Made by a program: the position numbers and the translations under genes. From positions 1 to 64,000 of the IMG/VR virus record IMGVR_UViG_3300042542_004481: 64,000 nt of DNA. The stretch is one strand, 5' to 3'. Below, piece by piece: positions 36,503-48,500 of the stretch. Below the pieces are notes generated by a model that saw nothing but the letters and a program-made list of their open reading frames with translations, was not told the DNA's origin and did not search any database. The DNA comes from an uncultured virus (IMG/VR IMGVR_UViG_3300042542_004481) (lineage: Duplodnaviria; Heunggongvirae; Uroviricota; Caudoviricetes). How positions within the stretch are numbered: position 1 is the first letter of the stretch; each line of letters starts with the position of its first letter.

Positions 36503-37180
36503 ATGGAAACAATTGAAAAGTATCCTCTCCCAAATAACAGAGAACTTAAGATTTTTTATGACGAATCTCCAGAGTCTCCTAGAAGTTGGGATAATCTGGG
36601 TACAATGATATGTGTTCATCGGTGCTACGATTTAGGAGATGTTCAAGCAGATAGTCACCTGCAAATGCTTCAGGAAATGGCTGACGATATGGGCATTACT
36701 CGTATCATAGAAGACATGGATCTCTATGAGGAGATCTACACTGATCCAGATAAACTACAAGAGTGGCTTAATTCTCGTGAAGACTGGGTTTGTCTACCTT
36801 TATATCTGTATGATCACAGTGGCATAACAATCAGCACATCATCTTTTAGCTGCAGATGGGATTCCGGCCAGGTTGGTTATATCTTTTGTCCTACATCGAA
36901 AATCCTTGAAGAATACAAAGACGTTTCACCAGAGACTTTAGAAAAAGTATCACAGGTATTAGAGGGTGAAGTAGAAGTCTATGACCAGTATCTTACTGGA
37001 GATGTCTATGGTTTTTCCGTTGTAAAGAAAAATATGTGTGACCACGGTCATATCCACGAGGATATAGAAGATTCTTGCTGGGGATTTTTTGGCAGCAATA
37101 TTAAAGAAAACGGTATCTTAGACCACTTATCTGAAGAAGACACAGACTTTATATTTAAGAAAGATGCAACAACAGCTTGA
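36503..37180 (+). CDS. Conserved hypothetical phage protein
   Basis: PESPRSWDNLG, LPLYLYDHSGITIS..F.CRWDSGQVG, YLTGDVYG, DSCWGFFG. Confidence 0.75.
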   Translation: METIEKYPLPNNRELKIFYDESPESPRSWDNLGTMICVHRCYDLGDVQADSHLQMLQEMADDMGITRIIEDMDLYEEIYTDPDKLQEWLNSREDWVCLPLYLYDHSGITISTSSFSCRWDSGQVGYIFCPTSKILEEYKDVSPETLEKVSQVLEGEVEVYDQYLTGDVYGFSVVKKNMCDHGHIHEDIEDSCWGFFGSNIKENGILDHLSEEDTDFIFKKDATTA

Positions 37181-37547
37181 ATCAGTAGAACAATTTCACA
37201 ATGCTTTTGAGATAGAAAACGAACATTCTCCAACGCTTGCTCCTGAAGATACTTTTATCTTAAGGCACAAGCTTATGAAAGAAGAAAACGATGAATATCT
37301 AGAAGCTTGTTGGAACGGAGATCTTGCCGAGGTAGCAGATGCTCTAGGAGATCAGCTCTACATCTTGTGTGGTACTATTCTTAAACACGGTCTTCAACAC
37401 AAAATAGAAGAAGTGTTTGCAGAGATCCATAGATCTAACATGAGCAAGATGGGAATGGATGGTAAACCGGTTAGACGAGAAGACGGAAAGATCATGAAGG
37501 GACCCGGATACACACCACCAGATATCGAGTTTATTCTTATGAAATAA
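37164..37547 (+). CDS. MazG-like nucleoside triphosphate pyrophosphohydrolase
   Basis: EENDEYLEA, EVADALGDQLY, EIHRSNMSK, REDGKIMKG. Confidence 0.9.
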   Translation: MQQQLESVEQFHNAFEIENEHSPTLAPEDTFILRHKLMKEENDEYLEACWNGDLAEVADALGDQLYILCGTILKHGLQHKIEEVFAEIHRSNMSKMGMDGKPVRREDGKIMKGPGYTPPDIEFILMK

Positions 37548-37578
37548 AAGAAGGGGAGCTTAGCTCCCCCTTTTTTTT
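37546..37578. terminator. Bidirectional terminator between the convergent gene blocks
   Basis: AAAAGAAGGGGAGC-TTA-GCTCCCCC followed by T8; an A run on one side and a T run on the other. Confidence 0.8.
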
Positions 37579-37600
37579 CCTAGTCGTTCTGACACAGAGT

Positions 37601-40600
37601 TTATTGTGAACTACTTGAACTTGCCAAGGTTGGATTGTTTTTGGTAGCTGTTATAGGGTCTAATGTACCACCGGTAAATCCGACAGACTTCCAGAAACTT
37701 GTCCAAAGCTTAGAGCCTCCTTCTTTTTGCCACTCGTATGGGCCGGAGTCTTTCTGATATCTAGCATACTGATTACCGGTAGCTTCCATATAAGCAAGCT
37801 CAATCATCTCTTTATAAGTCTTCAACGTAGCGCCGAAACTTAAAGAGCTTGCATCAGTGAAAGTCTCATAATAGTTATCTAAACCAAATCCAGGGTATGG
37901 TACAAACGCTTCGTTTTCTGCTCTAACCTGAAGGGCCATAAGAATAGCATGGTTGGTAAGCCATCCTCCAGCATTCCAAGGATGCTCGGGATCTTCAGGA
38001 GAAAGACCAAAGAAAGGCAAGTTACCGCTACGCTGACGCATCTTTTCATATCTATCTGGATCTGTAGGATCAAATCCTAACATTGGAACTAGGACACTAA
38101 GAATAGCCAATAGACCAATTATCTCTACTACGGTTTTCTTCCAAGCAGCATGCTCTTCCGGAGTCATGTGAGCCCAGTTCTCTGTACCGTATTTAAAAGT
38201 ACGAGAGAGCATCTTAAGAGTTGTAACATAGTAACCCTCTTGCATATCGCCTAAACCGGGATTGTATCTACCTCGCTTAGGCCCAAACATGTTTCCACTA
38301 AAGGCCCAACGATTAATAAACATCGGGGTAAAGTAACGCTTAAGAAAGGCAATCATTCTATAAGCCAGATAGCGCGCTGCTTCCGGTTGATCAAACTTAT
38401 CATAGGCACCGTTAAGGTTCATCTGTACTGTATGGAACCTATTACGGAAAGCCTTATAAAGCAGATTGTCAATCTTAATTTCTTTTCCGGTTTTAAAAGA
38501 CTGGCCTTTGATAGATTGTTGGAGATCCTCTTTAGTCATATTAAACTTCTTGGCAAGAGATTCTAGTGTATCGCCATCCTCTAGTGTATAGTTAGTAGGC
38601 ATGTTACTATAACGAACATCTATACCATCTTTAAGTTTAAGTTGACCGTCCACCTGTTCCCAAGCTTCCATATAATTAATCTCTTTACCATCACGTGTAA
38701 TCTTCTTTTTATACATCATGCCGGCAAAGAGCTGCAGTGCAGCTTCATCTTCTGTCCACTTTCTAAAATTGGTCAGATAGCTGAAGTTAGCTACATCATG
38801 CAAGAAAGTACGAGATAAAGATTCAGGGAGCTTAGTTTCTGCTCTACCGCGAATAGCATCAAATGAATCTGCTATTTGCATATTCAAAGGCTTAGGTCCG
38901 CGAGCATAAGTATTAAAGGAAACCTGAGACATTGTATTAAATGCCCAGCCTTCTCCTTTAGCCATAGAAATAGGATCTATATCTATACCTCCTGCAGACA
39001 TAATCATGCCTTGGTATTTAGCACCTAAAACGTTTTTTATAGCGCTAGGAAAATTAAGGGCGAAGAAAGCAAGAGAGCTTCTGCTAAGCATCATCTTTGT
39101 AACATTCTGTAAGAAAGGCATACCCGCTGTCCAACCCACATCTGTAATACCCTCAAACTCTCTTTCTATAAAATTATTAACCGCATACTGCCTTACATAT
39201 TTACCCTTCTTATTTAAGTAAGTCATGATCCCTCTATGCATAAAGTTGAACTTGTTGATCTTGTTCATCTCTTTAGCAAAGTTATCCGGGTTGTTAAGAG
39301 TAGATTGTAAAGCTCTAGCTACAGGATTAATTTCAATAAGCTTCTTCTGACGCTCTGCTGAGAACATGTAACGCATCAGAGATTGGTTTACATCCGGAGA
39401 CACGTCGTTGATATCCAAATCGTAAAGACCTGTGATAGGTACACTAGCTACCTCATTATCAAACATGTCTGCACGAACAAGCATAGCATCGTCTTCCCAA
39501 GCGTAACCCTCACCTTTTTCATCTTTAGCTTTACGGAAGAAGTTTTTAAAACGTTCTATCATAAGCTGAAGAATAGGGAAGTTATCTTCACCAACATCGC
39601 CTGCTATAGCGGATAGCTTCTTAGTACGGAGAACCTCTAGAGCATTTTTTCTATATCTAGGAATATCAAGATAGAGTCGGCTTCTATATGACAATCCTTC
39701 TTGATTCCGGAGATGATGCTCCTTCATCTTTTCAAGGATAGCATAGTGCTTAGGATCTGTACTCTGCATATTCAAATAGTCCTGATCTATATAAGGGCTA
39801 TTTGGTATGTCCAGTCGAGGTAGGAAGTTCCCCTGGTTATCTACAGTATTGCCTATGATTCTTTCAGTACGATACTGAGGCTTTACAACACGGCTATAGT
39901 ATTTCATTGCCGGCAAACCTTTTATAGTATAAGATCTGCCATCTGCGCGTGTTACTACAGTCTTCTCATAAAAATCTTCATTAACCGGACGGGTTACATT
40001 CCACACATATATTCTTTGCCATACAGGTTTCTTTGCACCAAGCTCCTGATCATATACTTCTTTCTGGATATGGTTAGCATAGAACCAAGCATCGAACTCT
40101 GCGCTCTGACCAAGAAGAGAATTAATCACGTTACCCTGCAAGATTAGATCTGCAGATTCAGATGTGATGTTATTAGTATTCATGATTCTCATCATCTGAG
40201 CTGTATCAAGTTTGCTCAGCTGATTATTCATGATCAGGCAGTAATAAGTGGTGGCCTCTTTTTTACGTAAGCCATCAAGCTTAGCAAATGAAGCAAAGAG
40301 TTTTTCTTTTTGAAGTTTACTAAGACCTGTATTATCAGACTTGTTTCTAAGATTATTAAAGTCGGATTGTTCTGCAGCACTAAGAGGTACCTTGTTATTG
40401 ATCTGGTCCCAGTAGTAACTGTAACGAGAAGCTTCATCTTCGTTTAATCCGGACAGATTAGCAAACCCTTTCATCATCTCATTGAGAAGCTCTTGCTGCT
40501 GTTTGATAAACTCTATACCTTTTTGGGTAAAGTTCATACCATTAGGCTGACCGTCATCATCACGGTTACCTGCAACAAGATCCATAATCTTAGAGTAAGT

Positions 40601-43600
40601 CTCTGAGATTGCATACTTCTTCTTAGTAGAATCAGGAAGCTTGCTCATAATCGATTCTATATCCGCCATGATACTGCGGATCTCATCGAAGTATTCTTTC
40701 TTTATAGCGACGCGGCTATTCTTGCGCACCCATCTTGAAAACTCTCTTTCATATGCTGGGCTACCTGGAGCAAATCTTTGAGCAAGTTCTTGCTCAAACT
40801 GAGCCATGGAGTTTTCAAACAAACCTGTGCGAGGCTTCCATTCAAAATAAGACTCGCCGGTATCTGGATCTTTTGAAGCTTCGCGATATTCTTTTAAGAG
40901 AACAGCGATCTCTTTATCCAGACCAGTCTTCATCTTACCGTTAGCGTCTACTAAAGAAAAGAGCTGGTGATATTGTCTCCAGAGATCATCCATCTTATCT
41001 GAAGTCTGAAGCTCGTCTAATTGAGAAGTATTAGAATTGGTAATCTCACCCATCAGTTCAAACAGACGGTCTTTAAGATATGCCGCTTCTAAGCCAACAT
41101 CAACTTGCTTACCATTAATAGTTACAACGCGATATCCTTGCTCAAGCATATAATCTCGAGCATAGACCTTAGCTTGGTATTCTTGGTGAAAGTAATCTCT
41201 AAGAAGTTTTTTACGATCAGCGATAGCTTGAATAAGAGCTTTGTAAGTCTCATCGGTATTATGCTGGGAGTACTCTTTATGAGCTTCGTCTACTTTATAA
41301 CGTGCGCGATCTAGATCAATCCGCCAGTTTTTATGAGCACTCTTCAGTGTCCAGACATCTCTTTCTTCCCACTCACCTTTTTCATTGATACGACCTATCT
41401 TTTCTACACGAGCTACTCTTTCTATAAGAGCGTTCACATTAGCTCCGCTATAACCTGCAGCTTTAAGTAAAGGGGCCATGTCTCGGGCATAGTCATTAAA
41501 CTTGCCCATAGCCTTGTTCATTACATCAGACATCTGATTCTTGACATAAAGAGCAAAGCCTCCTACAACAGGATCGGCACTATACATGTAACCTTCAAAG
41601 AAAGCATTAAAGACGTTACCGTCCTTAAGCTCACCCTTAAGAGCTTTCTCAATTTTTTGCTCAGTGATTTGAGCGCCATCTAAAGATTTTTTATCAAGAG
41701 CCGCTAGGCGCTTGTTCTGTTCAAACGTGCTCTTACCCTGATCCTTTAAACTTTGAAGAGTATCTCTCTCATCGTTTTCTACTTGGGTAAGACCAGTGTA
41801 TTCAACCATCCAAGAATCAATGAGCTTTGGTGAAGCGTTTCTATCCTTAAGACGTTGGATGATACCTTTATAGCGCTTATCGATGTTCTCAGCCATAGGC
41901 ATGAGCTGGCTATAGATAACATCCCGGCTACCTCTTTCGTAGATATCCTTAGTATATTTCTGGGTCCCTTTGATATTACCATCGATACTAGTAACAAGAG
42001 AATACAAAGGATTACTAGTAGGTACACCAGCCTCATTCATAGTCTTGATAACCTCTGCAATATATTTGGACCAGTAGTCTAGTAAGTAGTTGTAATAGAC
42101 CGCTTTGTGCATGTTGTCAATGTTGTCCTTATCCTTAGATAGTTCTAACATGTGACCACGAATCTTATCCGTCATGTTCTGCAACCGGAAGAAGGTGTTA
42201 ACCATCGCGGTAGCATGCGCTTTATTATATTCAACCTCGTCTCGCTTCTGGCGTAGTTTATCTTCAAGAGGTTTAGCAAACTTCGAAAGATTGCGCTTCA
42301 TCTCTTGTAAGTCGCCACGCTTAAACTCATCAGCAAGCAGGGAAGCAATCTCTTCATAATTACGGTTACGAGAAACAGCATCGATTTGCTTTAACGCGAT
42401 GTCGTGAGCTCTAACGGTAAGACCAATAAGTTCAGGCTTACTGATACGCAGTAGATCAGTAACATACTGGTTAGTATCTCGGATATAAGCTACGGTGTCG
42501 ATATCCTCGAGGGCTTCATCAGCTATCTCGAAGACCTGACCTTCCTTAAGCATATTAACAAGATCTACAATATTAGTATTAGGAGTAAGCTTAGAGGCAT
42601 TAATACTCTTACCAAAGAACTGACGTAGCATTTGACGTAGAGCAAACATCAAATCTTTAAGGACAGAAGCAAAGCTATCAGATTTAGCTTCACCACGCTG
42701 TTCCATTCCGGACGCGGCAGTAAGTGTTCTTACTATCATCTCCTCAGCAAACAGCGGGTCTGTCTCGCTAAGTTCCGGATAATCAATCTTCATCTGCCTG
42801 TACAAGGCCAATCCCTCAGGTGTCTTCAGTAAATCCCGGTAGATCTTATTAAACATCTCCCGGTTCTGGTAATACAGACTTCTTACAAAAGGGTGAGAGA
42901 ACTCATGGAACATATCTCCCATGGTTACTCTGTCTCCTACAAAGTATACTGTGTCTCCTATGAAGAAAGCTTTCTCTCCGTTCCAAGGATTTGTCTTGTT
43001 CTTCGTAATCTCTGCTGCTTCAGCCGCATCGATAAACTCATACTTGATAGCGTTCTGGCCTACCATAAACTGATTAGCCAGGGCTTTTGCATAAAGCTTG
43101 TTGGCCAGGTTACGTAATAGAGCTTTTAGGCCGGATATCCCTTTAGTGTTGCTTGTTGTTTCCGGAGTAACAGATATAGACGCCCTCATAGGTTCTATAG
43201 CAACTGTGGCTAAAGACGTGTCTGTACTTTCTGCAAACTCTTGTATAGAATCTGGTGTACGGTCTAGCTGAAAAACAGGCTGATTGACATTAAGGCTTGA
43301 TCGATACCAGGTAGGAACTATCATTGAGTGTCCTCTATCTCCTACTTTAACAGTAGAGTATCTACCAAAGGTTCTAGCAAACATTAGGTTATAGATCCTT
43401 TCTCTTTCTTCTCCAGAATCTCTTATAGATGATGATCCGCTAGCAGGAGTAAACTCAATACCTGCGTAGTCAGCATCTGCAAAAAGAGAAGAAACCGTAT
43501 CTATTACGCGCCCCATTACTTCCAGAACCCGGTTGGGCATATCGATCACTGCTTTAAGATCTTGAATGTCTCTAAGAACCCCGTGATTATTTGCTATCTC

Positions 43601-45565
43601 GGAAGCTTTGGCATAATCTTTATTTTTAATAGCTTTATACCAGTCTTTATATCTGGTTCCTGTAATACCATCTCCTGGTAAAATCAAAGCTTTTCCATTA
43701 CTAACCTCTACTACACCATAACGATTATAGTTATATGAAACAATAGATCTAGCTTTTACATTATCTTCAGTTGCTGGAACTATCCATTCCGCATCACCAA
43801 AAGAAAATTTATCAGATCTAAAATTTGTCTTAATTAGTCCGTTTGGCTGAAGAGTCCCATCTACATCTATATCTTCTGTAGTTTCTTGGCCTGTAGCCGG
43901 ATCTATATATTTTAATGTAAAGGTTGCCTCTCTATAAGCCTTAGTATTTCTTTTATTTTCTTCAAGCTTAGCAACTTCATCAAATATAGCATCTGAAAGA
44001 TTATCATAATTACTAGTTCTATACTGAGGAGTCTTGCGTGTAGTATACGAAAAAAGTTGTCCTCCAACAGGAGCCATCTGAGCTACAAAGAGAGGTCTTA
44101 AAAAATGACCAGGATCTTTTAATATATTACCAAGTTGTGCATCTGGACTCACGCCGTAAGTATTAGGATCATAACCTCTTCTGTTACCTAACATCCTTTC
44201 ATTAAGATCACTTACAAAGCTAGCAATAGCAGATCTAATGCTGCCTTCAGTACTAGTGGCAAAGTTGTTATATAGTCTAAATCTTGCATGGTTATTGAAA
44301 AAAGTTTGTAAAATAATCTTTACATATCTTAAACGAGGCTCATCTAAAATCTGTTCATATTCTTCAAACGTAAGAGGTCTACCTAAGAGAGTTTTTTTCT
44401 CTTTAATCTTTTGATAAACATACTTTAAACCTGTTTCAATCTTAGGAGTAGTCATGTTAGGCGCTATTCCTGCGTCTACATAGTTTCTATACCAAAGAAG
44501 AGCCTCTTGTACTTTCTTTAAAGCTTCTTCTTGAGCTGTTGTAAGATAAAAGAAATTTTCTCCTAGCTGCACAAGCTTTACATCGTTGGAATCCATCTGG
44601 TTATATAAAGATGTAAGCTCTAAAATCTTATTATTGATTTTTTCTATTTCAGGTTTAGCAGGACTTAACTCTCCTGATTTTACTGCAATATTAGGATTAG
44701 CAAGAATAATAGCTAAGTCATCAAGAGAAGCATCCGGAGAAATATTAATAGCGTCAATATTTTGAACACCTCCCAACAACATATTTTTAATTGTTTCCCA
44801 AATCTTTCTTAAAGCTTTAGATAAGCTTTGAAGGGTTTTATCCCTACTTACGTGGTCATCTTTAAACTCGCCATTATCGTCATAAAACTCTGCAGCAAAC
44901 CTACCCATCATTTCTACCATCAACTCTTCTATCTGGTACACTTCTGCAGCTTCCCTTTGCTTATCATTAAGTCCTTCAGGAATAGGATAAAGAGCTTCTA
45001 TAATAGCAAACTCTTCTTTGTACTTAGCCTTAACTCGATACTTAGTAACTTTTTCTCCAGGCCTTACCTCTTCTGTATAAGAATCAAACATCTTATTAAG
45101 AAGGCCGAAGTAGAGTCTGGTATTTTCGGCCTTAACCATATTGAGAAGCACGTGGCCAAACTCATGTAAAGGAGTGTCTTTGCTAGCCTTTGCTCCATTG
45201 ATTATAATTGTAGGCTTGCCTCCTACAGCTCTAGGGTCTGTAGAAGGTACCAATACTCCCTTAAAGTTCTCATTAGGAAGATTCTCTATCTTATAAGCAT
45301 AGCCCGGAAACTTAGCAGTAAGTGTTTCTGCCAGCTTTTTTAAAGCATTTAGATCTGCCGGAGGAATACTATTCTGAGTTCTTTCTAGCTGATACTGATG
45401 AGCCGGATAGATAGAAGTAAGTACACCTTCTGACTGAAGCTTGCTTTTTACTTCGGAAGGAGTACGTATTTCGCCACCAGTTTGTAGGTAGTCTCTGTAT
45501 GCCTGAAAGGGACCTACCTCTTTTACGAGGAGATCCCATTCTGGACCAATAGGGCATGCTTGCAT
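37601..45565 (-). CDS. Giant virion protein (2654 aa) with two zincin-like modules and a LysM-like domain
   Basis: LHEFGH and FHEFSH motifs; YTLEDGDTLESLAKKFNMT LysM pattern; adjacent to the vRNAP. Confidence 0.8.
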   Translation of the reverse strand: MQACPIGPEWDLLVKEVGPFQAYRDYLQTGGEIRTPSEVKSKLQSEGVLTSIYPAHQYQLERTQNSIPPADLNALKKLAETLTAKFPGYAYKIENLPNENFKGVLVPSTDPRAVGGKPTIIINGAKASKDTPLHEFGHVLLNMVKAENTRLYFGLLNKMFDSYTEEVRPGEKVTKYRVKAKYKEEFAIIEALYPIPEGLNDKQREAAEVYQIEELMVEMMGRFAAEFYDDNGEFKDDHVSRDKTLQSLSKALRKIWETIKNMLLGGVQNIDAINISPDASLDDLAIILANPNIAVKSGELSPAKPEIEKINNKILELTSLYNQMDSNDVKLVQLGENFFYLTTAQEEALKKVQEALLWYRNYVDAGIAPNMTTPKIETGLKYVYQKIKEKKTLLGRPLTFEEYEQILDEPRLRYVKIILQTFFNNHARFRLYNNFATSTEGSIRSAIASFVSDLNERMLGNRRGYDPNTYGVSPDAQLGNILKDPGHFLRPLFVAQMAPVGGQLFSYTTRKTPQYRTSNYDNLSDAIFDEVAKLEENKRNTKAYREATFTLKYIDPATGQETTEDIDVDGTLQPNGLIKTNFRSDKFSFGDAEWIVPATEDNVKARSIVSYNYNRYGVVEVSNGKALILPGDGITGTRYKDWYKAIKNKDYAKASEIANNHGVLRDIQDLKAVIDMPNRVLEVMGRVIDTVSSLFADADYAGIEFTPASGSSSIRDSGEERERIYNLMFARTFGRYSTVKVGDRGHSMIVPTWYRSSLNVNQPVFQLDRTPDSIQEFAESTDTSLATVAIEPMRASISVTPETTSNTKGISGLKALLRNLANKLYAKALANQFMVGQNAIKYEFIDAAEAAEITKNKTNPWNGEKAFFIGDTVYFVGDRVTMGDMFHEFSHPFVRSLYYQNREMFNKIYRDLLKTPEGLALYRQMKIDYPELSETDPLFAEEMIVRTLTAASGMEQRGEAKSDSFASVLKDLMFALRQMLRQFFGKSINASKLTPNTNIVDLVNMLKEGQVFEIADEALEDIDTVAYIRDTNQYVTDLLRISKPELIGLTVRAHDIALKQIDAVSRNRNYEEIASLLADEFKRGDLQEMKRNLSKFAKPLEDKLRQKRDEVEYNKAHATAMVNTFFRLQNMTDKIRGHMLELSKDKDNIDNMHKAVYYNYLLDYWSKYIAEVIKTMNEAGVPTSNPLYSLVTSIDGNIKGTQKYTKDIYERGSRDVIYSQLMPMAENIDKRYKGIIQRLKDRNASPKLIDSWMVEYTGLTQVENDERDTLQSLKDQGKSTFEQNKRLAALDKKSLDGAQITEQKIEKALKGELKDGNVFNAFFEGYMYSADPVVGGFALYVKNQMSDVMNKAMGKFNDYARDMAPLLKAAGYSGANVNALIERVARVEKIGRINEKGEWEERDVWTLKSAHKNWRIDLDRARYKVDEAHKEYSQHNTDETYKALIQAIADRKKLLRDYFHQEYQAKVYARDYMLEQGYRVVTINGKQVDVGLEAAYLKDRLFELMGEITNSNTSQLDELQTSDKMDDLWRQYHQLFSLVDANGKMKTGLDKEIAVLLKEYREASKDPDTGESYFEWKPRTGLFENSMAQFEQELAQRFAPGSPAYEREFSRWVRKNSRVAIKKEYFDEIRSIMADIESIMSKLPDSTKKKYAISETYSKIMDLVAGNRDDDGQPNGMNFTQKGIEFIKQQQELLNEMMKGFANLSGLNEDEASRYSYYWDQINNKVPLSAAEQSDFNNLRNKSDNTGLSKLQKEKLFASFAKLDGLRKKEATTYYCLIMNNQLSKLDTAQMMRIMNTNNITSESADLILQGNVINSLLGQSAEFDAWFYANHIQKEVYDQELGAKKPVWQRIYVWNVTRPVNEDFYEKTVVTRADGRSYTIKGLPAMKYYSRVVKPQYRTERIIGNTVDNQGNFLPRLDIPNSPYIDQDYLNMQSTDPKHYAILEKMKEHHLRNQEGLSYRSRLYLDIPRYRKNALEVLRTKKLSAIAGDVGEDNFPILQLMIERFKNFFRKAKDEKGEGYAWEDDAMLVRADMFDNEVASVPITGLYDLDINDVSPDVNQSLMRYMFSAERQKKLIEINPVARALQSTLNNPDNFAKEMNKINKFNFMHRGIMTYLNKKGKYVRQYAVNNFIEREFEGITDVGWTAGMPFLQNVTKMMLSRSSLAFFALNFPSAIKNVLGAKYQGMIMSAGGIDIDPISMAKGEGWAFNTMSQVSFNTYARGPKPLNMQIADSFDAIRGRAETKLPESLSRTFLHDVANFSYLTNFRKWTEDEAALQLFAGMMYKKKITRDGKEINYMEAWEQVDGQLKLKDGIDVRYSNMPTNYTLEDGDTLESLAKKFNMTKEDLQQSIKGQSFKTGKEIKIDNLLYKAFRNRFHTVQMNLNGAYDKFDQPEAARYLAYRMIAFLKRYFTPMFINRWAFSGNMFGPKRGRYNPGLGDMQEGYYVTTLKMLSRTFKYGTENWAHMTPEEHAAWKKTVVEIIGLLAILSVLVPMLGFDPTDPDRYEKMRQRSGNLPFFGLSPEDPEHPWNAGGWLTNHAILMALQVRAENEAFVPYPGFGLDNYYETFTDASSLSFGATLKTYKEMIELAYMEATGNQYARYQKDSGPYEWQKEGGSKLWTSFWKSVGFTGGTLDPITATKNNPTLASSSSSQ

Positions 45566-45570
45566 CTTGA

Positions 45571-48500
45571 TTATCTATAACAGTTTAACATAAATTCTCT
45601 TACGTCATCGTCTGTAATAGGCTGTAACTCTTGCAGGGTCTTTTTACCCTGTGTTGTAAGGTCATAGCCTGGGTTTACATACCCAAATTCTTTATACAGT
45701 CTCTCAGACAAATATAAGAAAGTTTGCTCGGCACGGGCTCGTATATCCTTGTATTTAGGATCTATAAAATTACCTATCCATTCTTGCCCATATCCTGAAC
45801 TATTGAAGACTAGTTTCATCCCACGCTCAGCTTCAGCTTTAAGAGAATCTATAGCATCATCAATCTTTTGTTTCATGAATGGTGCTATAGTACCGTTAAT
45901 GTCTTTTACTGCAGAGTTTTCTGTAACGCTGTAGACAGTATAAGTAGGTAACCCAAACTTGTTAGAGATAGGCAGGCCTCGGAAGTTTCTATCCTGCAAT
46001 AATCTTTGAGGAAAGGTAAGAGGAACCGCCTGGAAAGCATCGTTAAAAACAAAGATGCTATCCGGATTCTCTGCAGCCATTGCTGTAGCTACATCAAGAT
46101 TGATCATAGAGCTACTCATAACCGTAACCCCGTCTTCATTAGTGCCAATAAGCGTTTTTGCTTCTTCAGCATAAGGTCTAGGAGAATACTCTTTTACGCC
46201 TTCTTTATGAAGTTTATAAGTCTCATCTAAACTAAAGTCCTGAGAATAGTAGTCCTTAAAGCGCTTTCTAGTCTTAGATCTACTGCTCAGACTGTTCTGA
46301 GACAAGAACTTTTCATAGAAAAAGTCTAGAGCCAAAGGATTAAGTTTTTCAGTGTACTCCTTTATAGGACGCTCCATAAGTCTGATAAAGAGATCCTGAG
46401 GCATAGCTCTATTAATAGAGAACATAGACTTAGTACTCATACCGGACTGTAAGAATCCTACAAGAGGAAGCATAGCAAAGAACTCGCTAACCATTTGATT
46501 AGCCATAGGGTCTTCCAGTTTTTTAACTGTAGGATCGGCTAGAGAAACTACGTTTTCGTAATAGAGATTGAGCTTGTCAGGATCATCTAACTTAGACTTA
46601 AGGACAACGTTGTTTACACCGCCTCCAGAGTTAGGTACAAGAGCTTCGATAATACTGAACTGTTCAGCAAGCTCTTTACCGTAGTTCTCTTTAATCATTA
46701 CAAGTTTATCAGCAAAGCTAAGCTCACCTTTAAAAATCTTGTCTGTGTTAAAGATGTTCTCTAAAGCTTTTTCCTTGAGAAACTCCTCATAGCTCAAAGT
46801 TTTAAGCCTGCTAGCAAAAGCCTCATCCGTTTCTCCCTGTTTACGTTTAGTATTCGACTTAACATTACCAGCAATCCAAGCATATTCTGCGCTTTTTTCT
46901 ACATCAGAAAGCTTAGGATAAAGACTTCTTAAATATTCTCTTTCGAAAACATAGTGGAAATACTCTTCTTTAGAACTGAATGTTGTAATAGGAAGCTTAG
47001 CTAAACCTAGCTCTTCATACTCTGCCTTATTGTAAAGCTGGCCAGCATACTGACGATCTAAAGATCTTCTGTCGTAATAAGCTTTACCGTCTTTAAAGAA
47101 GACACCTATAGAAAGACTCTTAATCTTCTCAGCTTCATTAAGCTTAGAAGCCATAATGTCCTCTACAGCTTCCCCTTTGTAATGAGTAAGCTTACCTATA
47201 TTAAAGTTCTTGAGAGTATTTTGGAAAATAAAGTTTACTAGGTCGTTGCGTAACTCATTAGAAAAAACTTCAGCATCACCGAAGGTTGCATTAACATCAT
47301 CAGCGATATTAGAAGCGAGCTTTTCAGCTAACCAATCATTTAGAACCTTACTGTTACGAAGAGGGAAGAGATCTTTCCAAATCTCTAATTGGAAAGGCTG
47401 CACATAAAAGCTTCCTATGATGGTTTCTTTTAAGATATCATCTACAAGGTGTTCAGGTAAACGACCATTTTCTCTAAGTTTTTGCAGCATCAAAGTTCTG
47501 TTCTGCGCATCGAACAAACTATCAGACTTAGAGGTATCAAAGTTCATACTCATCTTGACATCTCTAACTGCAGTAGCCATTTCCTCAATCTGTATAAAGT
47601 GCAAGAATGCTGCTTTTTGTACATCTGAGTATTTAGGTTCTTCTCCTTTTTCTAAAGCTTCTGCATGATCTTCTATTTCTTTTTTAAGATCTGCTTCAGA
47701 AAACTCATTAGTTGCGCCAAGAGTTCTATCAAGAAAATCTTCGGTCTTCTTGTAGAAGACTGCTTTTTTATTTACATCCCGAGCATTAAGATTAAGATCC
47801 TCTAAGAAGTTAAATCGACCATCAGAAAGTATTTTAGAACGAGCTTCTACTCGGAACATCATTGCTCCTTTTTCTGGAGCTGTTCCCATCATGTCTCCAA
47901 AAGTACTCTTAGCTCTACGCTGAGCTTCTACATATTCTCTAACAATAGGTTGAGAAGCAAGGTATACAGCTGTTTTAAAAGGTACACCGGCCTGAACCAT
48001 AAAGAGAAGAATAGGTGCAATCTCTTTATTACCTTGAATGTTAAAGATCCATGCATCTTTTGCAATGTCTACCCAACCATTAATAAGCTGGGATATCACA
48101 TCAGAAATACGGTTACCATCTTTAGCCATGATATGACTCAAAGAGATAGCCTGCTGACCATTAATATCTAAAGTATTATGAGGAACACGAAGAGTCTGGA
48201 CAACATCAAAAGTTTGTTTACTACCTCGTTTGGTAGGGACTTTAGCTACCGGTAATAGATAAGCTCCTATTCGGTTAAAGATGCTGTTGAAAGTATTATC
48301 TACGGCACCCAGACCAAGAGTTTGTTTACCAATGTTATTTGAACTATGCTTATACTGGTTGTAACCTATTTCAAATATTCTTGTTCCAGCAATCTGACCA
48401 GGAATTTCACCAAGCTCTGCAGCATCCTCTGCTGAAAGTTCTCCCGAAAGTCTTTGTTTAGGATTATACTGAGTGACTTTAGAAGCAAGCTCGTCTGCAA

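Noticed and set aside
36394..36516. Possible 40-aa GTG-start ORF between two genes
   Set aside because: Plausible coupling, but too short and featureless to support
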